Positions 1-9,619 of a stretch of 64,000 nucleotides of DNA are shown here, in pieces; position 1 is the stretch's first letter; the number at the start of each line of letters is the position of its first letter. This DNA is from Diplonema japonicum (lineage: Eukaryota; Protista; Euglenozoa: Diplonemea): assembly GCA_964019335.1 (NCBI GenBank), contig OZ025669.1, positions 372,001 to 436,000 of the forward strand, written 5' to 3'. Below the pieces are notes generated by a model. That model was not told the DNA's origin. It made no database searches and was given only the letters and a program-made list of their open reading frames with translations. The translations under genes were made by a program, and so were the position numbers.

Positions 1-47
1 GCGGCACCAACCACCGCAACACAGCATAATGCAAAAACACCTCGAAA

Positions 48-50
<3 letters not shown>
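1..50 (-). CDS. 5' end of a probable secreted protein (runs off the left edge)
   Basis: ATG at 50, directly after an A28 run, reads MFRGVFALCCVAVVGA, which looks like a signal peptide. Same orientation and start context as neighbouring genes. Confidence 0.5.
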
Positions 51-78
<28 letters not shown>

Positions 79-237
79 CCCCCCTTAAGAACCTTAGCAG
101 GGGTAATGAACCAAGAAGAAAAAAAAAAAACTTTTTTGGTCGTCAGTTTGATTGAGATGCGAAACAATGTGGGGAGGGGGGTCGTAAAAATATAAAAAAA
201 AAATTCTTTTTCCCACCTTTCCAGCTTTTTTCTTTTT

Positions 238-801
238 TTATCCTGCTTTGTTTTCAGGGTTGAATTTGCAGTCCTTCTCAGCATGCGCCATTGTCCCGCA
301 CAGGAAGCAGCCCTGCCCGTTGGGCTGTACAATGGGGTCGCCTGCTGACACGCTTTCTTCTACAGGGGGTGCTATTTTCACGTTTTCAAACTGTTTTTCC
401 AAGTCCTTTCGTTTCTCCACTTTAATGTCGTCCAGAATTATGCTCTGCAGCTCCTGAATTTTGAAGAACATGATATCCTCGAAGAGTTGCAGCTGTGTGG
501 ATGTTTTTTTTTTTCTTTTTTTTCCCTTCTTTTTTCTTGTTCCCCTACCTTCGATGCCCCATCCAACTCCTCCATCTCAATTGAGAACCTGCCTTTCCGC
601 AAAAACGCTAGCAACGGTCCAAAAAACTGAGGGTCTCGGTCTAATGATATTTCTTTGCATTTCGGATCCTTTTCCAACACCTCCTTGAAGTACCCGCTCC
701 TTTTTTTTTTTTTTTTTTCTTCCCTCCCCATACTTCATTAATATTTCTTTCGGGGACTGGTACTTCCTCCCACTAATTTCCACCACGACAAGAGATGACA
801 T
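238..801 (-). CDS. KCTD-type BTB/T1 domain protein with C-terminal CCHC zinc knuckle (3 exons)
   Basis: Introns 700-733 (GTATGG..AAG) and 493-548 (GTAGGG..CAG) join three track ORFs: VVVEISGRKYQSPKEILMK|SGYF..LDRDPQFFGPLLAFLRKG..GASK|LQLFEDIMFFKIQEL (BTB motifs), then CFLCGTMAHAEKDC (Cx2Cx4Hx4C). Confidence 0.85.
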
Positions 802-1032
802 TATTTTTTTTTTCTTCTCTCTCTCTCCTTCCCCCCCTTTTTTTTTTCCTTCTCTTTTTCCTGGATTATTAAAAAATCGAAAAAAAAAGACAAAAAAAAA
901 AAGAGAGAAAAAAAAAAAAAAGTGTAATTAAAAAAAAAGGGGGGGAAGGGGTGGTGGTGTAATCTCCCCCCCTCCCCCATGTTTATAACGTATGTAGTCT
1001 CCTCCGTTCCCCCAAAAAAAAAATTTTTTTTT

Positions 1033-2265
1033 TTAATCCGATTTTTTGTCGTTCTGTTCCTGTTCCTCTTCGGGCATTCGAAGAGGCCGCCCCTTCCACG
1101 TCCAACCTATCCCAGTGACGCCCTTCAGCATGGATGTTACTGCAATAAAAACCAACCCCAACGCTCCTACAGGATGCATCCACCATAGAGATGAAGAAAT
1201 CCTCCCATCCTCCTCGAGCTGCGACCTGATGGAGTACTGCGTGTAGGTACAGTACAGAAACGAGACAATGGGAAAAGTCGACGCTGGGGACGCAAGCATA
1301 ATACCCCAGACAAGAGATGTTACAGGTAGACCAAAGGCGAGGATGTTTAATATTGAAACGGCTATTACTGATAAAATAGATTGGTCGAATGCTAAAAAGA
1401 TGTTCTTGGTGTACCCTTCAAAGAGCTCTTTCGTAGTGTTGTACATTTGAATCTCCGCGACAGATGTAAAGTCGTAGAATCTCACGGTGCCCTTCGCAGC
1501 GCACTTCACAAAGTACCCCAGCATCACATCTTCCACAACATGATCGCGGACACCTTTGACAGAATGCCCGCCGAATGCTTCATAACTGCTTCGTTTAAAT
1601 ATCATTATGTGCCCTGCGGCAGAAGCAACCTCCTGTTCATCATCGTTGCACACAGAGTGATCGTTATTGAGGACAAGGTTCATGATGATGAGAGGTTGTA
1701 TAAGTTTCTCTGCGGCGCATTTGCATGAGAATGAAACATCGCCTGAAAGAAGGTCGCAGTCTTCGTTTATGGCGGTTTGGACAGCTTGTTGCAGGCCGTT
1801 TGGTTTTAGTTTGACGTCGGCGTCGAGAAAGCAAATGTGGGTTCCGGTGGCGGTTTTTGAAGCTTGGTAGACTGCCCAACATTTTCCCAACCAGACCTCG
1901 TTTTCAGGTCGGGGGCCTGCCGACATCACGGTCAGCTTGTTTCCGTTTTTGTGTGTTTCTTTAACAGATGTTGCTATCTTGACAGTTTGATCCTTTGACA
2001 TATCGTCCACAACGATAACTTGCAGATCATCAATCCCATCGCAGTTGTCTAGCACGCTTGTCACACATGCCTCGATGTTGTCTTCCTCGTTGTAGGCAGG
2101 GATGACCACGCTTACGCTGAGGCCTTCTTTTACACTCGGTGCGTTCCTCACCCTCTCCCCGGTCTCCTTCCAGAATTTCCGTCTTTTCTCATACATGTTT
2201 CGGTACCCAAACCACGTCACACACCCCATAGCACTCGACGCGAGGAGGGCTACCGGTAGAGGCAT
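1033..2265 (-). CDS. Family 2 glycosyltransferase, bacterial carotenoid/hopanoid GT-like (CruG/CrtQ/HpnB type), membrane-bound
   Basis: Motifs VSVVIPAYNEE, VVDDMSKD, GPRPENEVWLGKCWA, FLDAD, VVEDV, EGYTKN and C-terminal WKGR after hydrophobic helices. Likely start MPLPVALL at 2265. Intronless. Confidence 0.85.
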   Translation of the reverse strand: MPLPVALLASSAMGCVTWFGYRNMYEKRRKFWKETGERVRNAPSVKEGLSVSVVIPAYNEEDNIEACVTSVLDNCDGIDDLQVIVVDDMSKDQTVKIATSVKETHKNGNKLTVMSAGPRPENEVWLGKCWAVYQASKTATGTHICFLDADVKLKPNGLQQAVQTAINEDCDLLSGDVSFSCKCAAEKLIQPLIIMNLVLNNDHSVCNDDEQEVASAAGHIMIFKRSSYEAFGGHSVKGVRDHVVEDVMLGYFVKCAAKGTVRFYDFTSVAEIQMYNTTKELFEGYTKNIFLAFDQSILSVIAVSILNILAFGLPVTSLVWGIMLASPASTFPIVSFLYCTYTQYSIRSQLEEDGRISSSLWWMHPVGALGLVFIAVTSMLKGVTGIGWTWKGRPLRMPEEEQEQNDKKSD

Positions 2266-2440
2266 TTTTATAATTGAACAAGAATAATTCTGTGTGGAGG
2301 GATTTTTCTTAAAGAAAAAAGTGCGGGGGGAGAGAGGGGAGAAAAAAAAAAAAGTGGGGGGGGGAAATCCTTTATCAGAGATTTCTTTTTTTTTTGGGGG
2401 AAATTTGATTTGGCAGAAAGAAGAAAAAAAAAAAAAAAAA

Positions 2441-3925
2441 TCAAAACAGGTCATCCAACAAATCTTGTTTCTCCTTCTCGGTAACTGCCTCCCCTGCCGT
2501 TGTAGCCTTTTCGGCACCGCTTCTCACTGCGTCAACTACAGGTTGGATCTTGTCGGATCCTTTGTCTAGAAAATCAAGCCCGGATGCCAACGCTTTTCTG
2601 TCGGTCATCGCCAAAGCTAGTGTCCCCCGGTTTGGGCCGAAAATAGGAGCACCACAAACATGACCATATGCCATGTATTGATCGGTTTTGGTGGGTAATT
2701 TGAAGACACCGTTGACTTGGTGTTTGATCGAGTCGATCACCCGTTCTGTTTCTTCTGCAATGCCGTCCTTCTCGCAGCTTTGCATCGCAATGTGCAGCTT
2801 CGTCTTCTCGGTTATGGTGAAGACGTCGTCGTTCAGAAGCGCTTGCAAGGAGAGCAACCCGCGTTGCTTCATCTTGGGGTACTTTGTAACGTACTTCATG
2901 ATGTTCTCTGAGACGTCGGTTGTTACTTGCGGTTGTGTGCAGTCTGTTTTAACCCACTCGTAGATTATAGGAGGTGTGATGGACTGTCGGGAACGGGTGT
3001 GGAAATATGTAACCTCGTCCAAAAATGAAATGTGGACCCTTCGTTCTTCAACCAAACATGAGTTCTCTATTGTCAAAACGGTGTGCGGGAGGTTCGGGTA
3101 CAGAATTAACGGGTTTCCCCCTGCTTCAACTAAGCAGAGTTGGACAACAGGTAAATCGTCAGGGAGATGGGATGATGGTGTGTTCCATAAGTCTAGCTGT
3201 GCAAAGACACCTGATCGGTTCTGTTCCTGGTCCTGTGTGATGATGTCGTAGGAGGCCTTCGGCGTACAGAAGAAAACCTTAACAACGTACTTTCCATTGG
3301 GTCCCTTTAGAGACTTTTCCGAAAATCGTTCTTTGCGAAGTTTTAAAGCGGTTTGCAGGACGAATTCCCCACAATCGTCGAGATGCCATGTGGTAAGAGC
3401 ATCTTTTTGAGATAAACGTGTCGCTTTGTCCATTTTAAGCGAACCCTCCTCGAGAAATGTGGGCCATTTGATAAGAGACGGGAGAACAGGGATTGTTTTT
3501 TCATCAGTATCGCGATGAAACATTTGTAAGTTGCGGGGGTTTTCTGAATCGTGGTCGAAGACCTCTGAGAATTTTTGGACCGGGACAAGGTGGTCGACGT
3601 GGATTAGATCCGCTCCGGGTTTTCCCCAGCTGCTGTTGAATGCGAGTTTCGGGCGTTGCAGCTCGTTTGATTTCCCTTTGGTTATGTAATCTATTCCGTC
3701 TTCCCCACATGCTTTGTGTATGTCCTCCGAGTATTTCTTGTGCAGGAAGCAAGGGTTTCCTTCCAGCAAACATTGCATGGCGGCATCGTCGCTTTCTTTT
3801 GTCGGGACTATCTTGCACCTCCACCTCTCGCTCATGTTTTTATAGTATGTTTCACTCAGGCCCCATTTTTTCAAGGTGTCCCTTAAACAGTATTCCAGCC
3901 CGGGCTGCTCCGTGACCACCGGCAT
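2441..3925 (-). CDS. JmjC-domain (Fe/2OG dioxygenase) protein
   Basis: TTWHLDDCG (HxD), VVKVFF and PNLPHTVLT (distal His) in cupin spacing. ATG preceded by A24. Confidence 0.75.
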   Translation of the reverse strand: MPVVTEQPGLEYCLRDTLKKWGLSETYYKNMSERWRCKIVPTKESDDAAMQCLLEGNPCFLHKKYSEDIHKACGEDGIDYITKGKSNELQRPKLAFNSSWGKPGADLIHVDHLVPVQKFSEVFDHDSENPRNLQMFHRDTDEKTIPVLPSLIKWPTFLEEGSLKMDKATRLSQKDALTTWHLDDCGEFVLQTALKLRKERFSEKSLKGPNGKYVVKVFFCTPKASYDIITQDQEQNRSGVFAQLDLWNTPSSHLPDDLPVVQLCLVEAGGNPLILYPNLPHTVLTIENSCLVEERRVHISFLDEVTYFHTRSRQSITPPIIYEWVKTDCTQPQVTTDVSENIMKYVTKYPKMKQRGLLSLQALLNDDVFTITEKTKLHIAMQSCEKDGIAEETERVIDSIKHQVNGVFKLPTKTDQYMAYGHVCGAPIFGPNRGTLALAMTDRKALASGLDFLDKGSDKIQPVVDAVRSGAEKATTAGEAVTEKEKQDLLDDLF

Positions 3926-3961
3926 TTTTTTTTTTTTTTTTTTTTTTTTGTTGTTGCACCC

Positions 3962-4129
3962 TTACATTGGTTTGTACTTTATTTTCAAGAGTAGCATGCA
4001 CATAGCGCCGATTATTGTAAGCATGGTGCACCCAAGCAGCAGTTGCATCATTAGGCAAAAATCCATCCGTTTCACCTTTTCCCAGGTCCATCCGTCTCTT
4101 TCCAGTGTGTCCGCTACTCGCTTCAACAT
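3962..4129 (-). CDS. Putative 55-aa single-pass microprotein (not in the ORF track)
   Basis: MLKRVADTLERDGWTWEKVKRMDFCLMMQLLLGCTMLTIIGAMCMLLLKIKYKPM* fills a non-homopolymer island, with a hydrophobic C-terminal segment. Confidence 0.4.
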   Translation of the reverse strand: MLKRVADTLERDGWTWEKVKRMDFCLMMQLLLGCTMLTIIGAMCMLLLKIKYKPM

Positions 4130-4637
4130 CCTCCGAGGAATTATTGTTTTTTTTTTTTTTTGTGATTGAGTGCGCTGATTTTATGGTTTGCAATAAAAAA
4201 AAAAAAAAAAAAAAAAAAAAAACTAGACATTAAATTTCCGCGTTTTTTTTCGCGCTCCGTTCTGGGGTGCTTCGCGGGGGGGTGCCAAAAATAAAAAGAA
4301 GGAGAAAAAAAAAGAAAAAAAAAAATATTTATAAGATAACGCTTCATATCTCTAAAACCCCGTTTTTTTTTAGTGCCATTTAACTCTTCTTTTTCTTTTT
4401 TGCGCATTTTCCCGGAGCCGGTATTTAAACCTCCAAAAAGAATTCACCGTAATTTTCCGTAAATCTTGCCATGCTTTCACACCGAGGATCGGTACTGAAG
4501 ATCGTGTATCGAGCAAGCTTTTACCCTTATGCTCTATGTAAATTTCTGTTCTTACTGAGCTTGCCTTAGGACACCTGCGTTGCCCATGTACTGTAAAGGG
4601 GAACTACTGAAACCTTTTGCTCCGAAGAACCAGGAAG

Positions 4638-4679
<42 letters not shown>

Positions 4680-6754
4680 AAAAGTTTTAGAGATATGGGG
4701 CGTGAAAAAATAAAGGGAAAGGAGAGAGGGGTGGAGAGAAAAAAGAGAAATCTGAAGGGGAGGGGGGTTCGGAAAAAAAAAAAAAAACAATAAAAAATGT
4801 GTAAAAAAGAGAGAAAGAAAAAAAATATATAGGAGATAAAGGGGGGGAGGGGGGACAAGAAGAGTTTTTCATTCTTTTCCTACACCCCAATCCTTGGCCT
4901 CCTTTCGTTTTTGTCACACCTTTCTTTATTTTTTTTTTTATGTCACCTTTCGTAGTACTAATTGACAGCATCACAACTATCGTGCCTTAGCGACCCGGAA
5001 TAACAAAAAAGGGGTGAAGTAAAACTGCTGGAAAAAAAAAAAAAAAAGCCATTATTTTTTAACTCTTGTTTCTGTTTCTTTTTTTTTTTTTTTTTTTCTT
5101 TGAAAAATTCGAGTTTATGACTCACTATATTCTTGATGATGGGAACAAAAAAAAATAAAAAAAATAGCTATTTTGGAAAACGAACCAGATTTCTTTTTTT
5201 TTTTTTTTTTTTTAAAAGGGTGAAAAGATCTTTGAAAAAAGAACTCCTCTTGAAGAGAAAAAAAGGGGAGAAGAAAGAAAAAAAAAAAAGAAAAAAAAAA
5301 AACAAAGAGTAGAGAGCAGCGGCGACAGAAAGCAGGGGGGAGTAAATTGAGCGGGTGCAAATGGGTTTCTCTTAATGTAGAAGAAGAAGACCCTAAGCCT
5401 TTCTCAGCATCCTTCCATAGCACCTTCTTTGAGAGAAATCCCATTTTTCTTTTTCTTTTTTCTTTTCCGTTTTCCTTTTCTTTTTTGCGTTTGTATTCTC
5501 TACAATCTACCATGCCAGATTATGCTTGGACAGCACTTGCCAAAACAGCTATTGGTTTCAATTGGCAACAAGGTGAGGGAGAAGGAGCTGCAGAAAGTTC
5601 CCCTGTTGTCGCCTTCCTTGACAATTCACTGTAATTGAAGGGGAGAAAAAAAAAAGTGGAGGCGAGCAAGAAGGGGTGTTGATAGTCCCTATTGTAGCTT
5701 GTGGGGTTTGGGGGGGGGGGGGGGGGGTTTCTTCTGAATAAATCGCACGTGTTTTTCTTCTCTTTTTTGCCACCGGGGAAAGAGAAAGTCACTCTGATTC
5801 ACTTTTAAAGCATTCCCCCCCCCCCCCTTCTTCTTCTTCTTCTTTCTCGAATACAAAAACCAGGGGTAGAATTGTCTTTGATAGAAACAGATAAAAAGTA
5901 GATTTGTGGAGCTTTTTTTTCCCCCTTCCCCCCCCCCCCCCCCCCCATTGCAATAACAAATTCATTATCAATATGGTTTTTTTTTTTCTTTTTTTTTTTC
6001 CGTTCTTCTTTTTTTTTCTCGTTTTCTCTTTTTTTCTTCTTCTTATTTTCTTTGCAAAAAAAGAAAGTTGTGAAGTGTTGCGCGTTACAATTTATCTCTT
6101 TGTTAGGTAAAAAGTTTGTAACTACTATTACGCACAAACAACGAATAACTAGTTCTGTTTCTTACCGCCCCCGCCCCCTTTTTTTTTTCTTAAAAATCTC
6201 TTTCTTTTATAAAAATTCATCAACAAAAGATTCCCCCGACACCTAAAGCTCGTACTTCTACCCAAGTGATCAAGAATCATCAAACTAAGAAAAAATGCGT
6301 CGAAAAAAAAAGGGGGGGGAAGAGGAAGCCAGGAGAGAAATAAGAATGTTATAGAGGAAAGAGCAGCCGCAAAAGACCCCCCTCCCCCACCCCAGGAGAT
6401 GCAAAGCCAGCCTATGGGTTGAGACAAGATTAAACAACCCAACCCAAGGGGACACATTAGGAGAAGTGCCCATTCTTTTTTCACAGTACTCCCCCCGCAC
6501 ACCGAAATTTATCAAATTTCTTCTTTTTACCTTTTCTTTGTTCTCCGTGCCTGACCGCAGCTTAGGCGGTGGCTCAAAAAAAAAATAAAAAAAGACTAAA
6601 AAGGAAACTTAAGTAGAAAGAGATCAATCACTTTTTTTTTTTTTTTTTTTTTTGGGCCTCGCTTCCCGCCCTTTTTTTTTTCTTTCGAGTGTTTTAAATG
6701 AAAACCAGAAAAGCGCTTTTCTCAAGAAGGTATTAAAATTTTGAGGACGCAAAA

Positions 6755-6787
<33 letters not shown>

Positions 6788-7066
6788 AACGGGTAGGGGG
6801 AAAAGATAGCGGCGAGCCGGAGTTCCCCTTGCTCTGCCGGGAGTAATTACAACAGGAGTTCTGCCAAAGCCAGAAGAAGAAAAAAAAAAGGAGATGGGGT
6901 GAGATATGACCCTCCCTCCAAAAACCGCTCTTTCCTAACTATCATTACACGGGGCCGAAATGTCTTTTGTTTTTCTTTCTTTCTCTTTTTTTTTTTTAAA
7001 TACAAATTCCTGAACCGAAAACTAAACGACATGTAAGAACAACCGACGGCGGAACTGTCGATTATT

Positions 7067-7099
<33 letters not shown>

Positions 7100-7256
7100 A
7101 AAAAAGAATAATAAATGAGTTAAAGGAAGGTCCATTCTCATCTACTATCTAATATGTAAATGAGCAGATTTTTTTTTTCCCCCATGTTACTACTTTCGCG
7201 TCATCATCGCGTGCTGCGTGAATGAGATTTTTTTTTTTTTCTTTTTTATAAATTAC

Positions 7257-7362
7257 CTCACAAACTGCGTGGTTATAGGAGGTGGGCGTTTGCTTTTCCA
7301 TTTGCTTTTAGATTCATTGCAGTCGCTATCAGGAGTTGATGAGTCCATCGGCTTTTTTTTCC

Positions 7363-7395
<33 letters not shown>

Positions 7396-7467
7396 CCTCG
7401 ACCCATCATTGCCTCCTTCATACCGCTGTGATTCTCCCATACTCTCGCTTGATGCGCCGCAGCCCAT
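7257..7467 (-). CDS. Possible first exons of an N-myristoylated/palmitoylated protein (MGCGASS); 3' exons not resolved
   Basis: ATG 7467 gives MGCGASSESMGESQR. Candidate intron 7362-7423 (GTATGA..TAG) continues in frame as KKKPMDSSTPDSDCNESK..TTQFV up to a GTAATT donor at 7256. Confidence 0.3.
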
Positions 7468-7492
7468 AGTCCTCTCCCTCACCCCCACCCCT

Positions 7493-7532
<40 letters not shown>

Positions 7533-7536
7533 CCCC

Positions 7537-7733
7537 GTGGGAATGGGGAGGTGTGCCAGATGGTGGCAATGCGTGTGGGGTGTGAGGTATTTGGCGTTGA
7601 CAGTTTTACATGAAGCGCAGCAATCAGGCTTCAAGAGATTCCCACAATCCAGGACAACATTCTTCTTTGGTACTTTGCCACAGTTCCCAGCGCTGCTGCA
7701 GCGCAAAGCTAGTTTGGTGCCCCCATGTTGTCC
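7537..7733. ncRNA. Candidate structured RNA or structured UTR element
   Basis: Perfect stems 7652-7660/7725-7733 (9 bp), 7673-7678/7703-7708, 7537-7544/7638-7645 (8 bp), 7611-7616/7628-7633 and 7554-7558/7564-7568 in a GC-balanced island with no convincing ORF. Confidence 0.3.
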
Positions 7734-7817
7734 CCTCGCGTCCATAAAAAAAAAAATTACTTTTAAGGGGGAAGAGAGAGAAACAAAAAAGGGGGGGGTT
7801 TTTTTTTAAAAAAGAAA

Positions 7818-9479
7818 TCACTGCAAATCCTGAGGTTTCGTTGTCGCAGCAGCAATGACATTATTCATTTGGAGCTTCTGCCTGAAGTTCTCCACGTCGG
7901 TCCGCAAATCGTTGTCATACGGCATTATACGAAGCGCAAGCTCGTGGTACTCATAAGCAGAACGATAGTCCTTGAGCCCTGCACAAGCAGCACCCTTTCT
8001 GATATACGCCTTGAGAAGCGCATAGACGTGACTGGTAGACTGTTTGATAACGTTAGATGCTTGCCTTTTAGGGTTTAACTGATTTGTCTCATCGTCGTCG
8101 TCATCATCAGAATCACCTAAAACAGCGGCCATCTCGCCAACGCCACCGTCGACAAGCGAGGCTGCCACTGCCTGGCAACGTTCAATGATTCTGTCGCACT
8201 CCGACGAAGCTTCCTTGAACCGCTTCAGGCACAACAAGCACACCACACGGTTGGCCACCGCGTCCCAGTAATCTTCCCTTTCCGTGATGACGGCGTCGTA
8301 CAATGTTAACGCTTCTTGAAATTTTCTCGTTGCGACAAGTCTGTCCGCATCGCCTTTTTTCAAGGCGACATCTGAAATCTCAAATTCTGTCAGCAAACCG
8401 AGCTCCTTCATTTTTTCCTTCAGCATGGCCATGTCTTTGTTCAAATCCTCCGCGTTTTGTTCCGTCCCGTATCCGATTGCCATTTGAATGTCGTGCAAAG
8501 CTTTCTCATACTCCTCTGACCACCCGTATGCTGCTGAACGTCTTGAATGTGCTTTCATCATGCCGTGCCTGAACCTATCGCCTGTTGTGTTTGATGCTGG
8601 AGTCGACTGCAGCATGTTCAGTGTTAATGTGCAATCCTCGATACACCGTTTGTAATCGTGCATTTGAAGGTACGCAACAGAACGGTTGGTGAGTGCTGCG
8701 AGGAAACAGGTGTCGCGTTTTAAAGCTTCCGAATAAGAGTCGATGGCGCCCTTTAAATCCTTATTCTTGAATTGCTTGTCGCCGCGGTCTTTAAAAAAAA
8801 AAGGTGTGTCTTCTAAGCTTTTCGGTTTGTATCTGGACCGCCTGTAGATTTCTTCGTCAGAACGGGTTCTTGAAGGCATGCTGATTTGCGATGCTGGGGT
8901 GAAGTCGATAGTTACAGTTGTTGTGTCCATTGATCTGACAGGTTGTTCTTCCACGGGAATTATTTGTGTTTGTTTCGTCTCTTCTTGTTTGATGCTTTCC
9001 CCCCATATTGATAGGTCTTTAGACACAGCTTCGCGTTCTTCTTTCACTTTTGTCTCGATTACGGCTCGTTGTTGCTTTTCTAGTTCCCAGTGCTCCGAGA
9101 AGAATCGTTTTTCTTCCTTTACCTTTTGCTGTTCTCTTAGGTCCATTTTTGAACTGTAGGCTTGTTCCGCACGTTTTTTCGACTCCTCCCTCTTGTTCTT
9201 GTCGACGGTGTCGGGTTTTAACTGATGCCAGATGAGGTCCTCTGTCACCTTTACGAGACTGACCCTGACGGTGCCGTTCTCTTCGATCCCGTACCTGCTT
9301 TTCTCGACGTCGATGAAGTGCTTCAGGTCCGCCTCCCATAAGAACGGTGCACAGTTCACCTTTACGTATGCGTCTGCAATGTACACATCTATCGCTACCT
9401 TTTTGACGTGTTTCAGGAAGACGCGGATCAGGATCCGCGTGGCTGTCTCCTCCCATTGGTAGTCGACGCTGACAGGCAT
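7818..9479 (-). CDS. DNAAF4: Dynein axonemal assembly factor 4 (DYX1C1/PF23): CS domain + TPR repeats
   Basis: N-terminus MPVSVDYQWEET..VKVNCAPFLWEADL matches the DYX1C1 CS domain. Charged linker, then TPRs (FKDRGDKQFKNKDLKGAIDSYSEAL; KAYIRKGAAC). Confidence 0.85.
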   Translation of the reverse strand: MPVSVDYQWEETATRILIRVFLKHVKKVAIDVYIADAYVKVNCAPFLWEADLKHFIDVEKSRYGIEENGTVRVSLVKVTEDLIWHQLKPDTVDKNKREESKKRAEQAYSSKMDLREQQKVKEEKRFFSEHWELEKQQRAVIETKVKEEREAVSKDLSIWGESIKQEETKQTQIIPVEEQPVRSMDTTTVTIDFTPASQISMPSRTRSDEEIYRRSRYKPKSLEDTPFFFKDRGDKQFKNKDLKGAIDSYSEALKRDTCFLAALTNRSVAYLQMHDYKRCIEDCTLTLNMLQSTPASNTTGDRFRHGMMKAHSRRSAAYGWSEEYEKALHDIQMAIGYGTEQNAEDLNKDMAMLKEKMKELGLLTEFEISDVALKKGDADRLVATRKFQEALTLYDAVITEREDYWDAVANRVVCLLCLKRFKEASSECDRIIERCQAVAASLVDGGVGEMAAVLGDSDDDDDDETNQLNPKRQASNVIKQSTSHVYALLKAYIRKGAACAGLKDYRSAYEYHELALRIMPYDNDLRTDVENFRQKLQMNNVIAAATTKPQDLQ

Positions 9480-9619
9480 TTGAGTTAAAAAAGCCTTATT
9501 ATGTCGGGTTTATCAAACGGCGGGGGGGAAAAAAAAAAAATGACGGGGGATAATAAATAGAAACGAAAAGTACTGGTGTAAACTAGTTTTATACACAAAT
9601 AAGGGGGGGGGGGGATGTG

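Noticed and set aside
4141-7032. Many 60-130 aa poly-K/poly-F/poly-G ORFs here and in other spacers
   Set aside because: Translations of homopolymer tracts that lack stops by composition.
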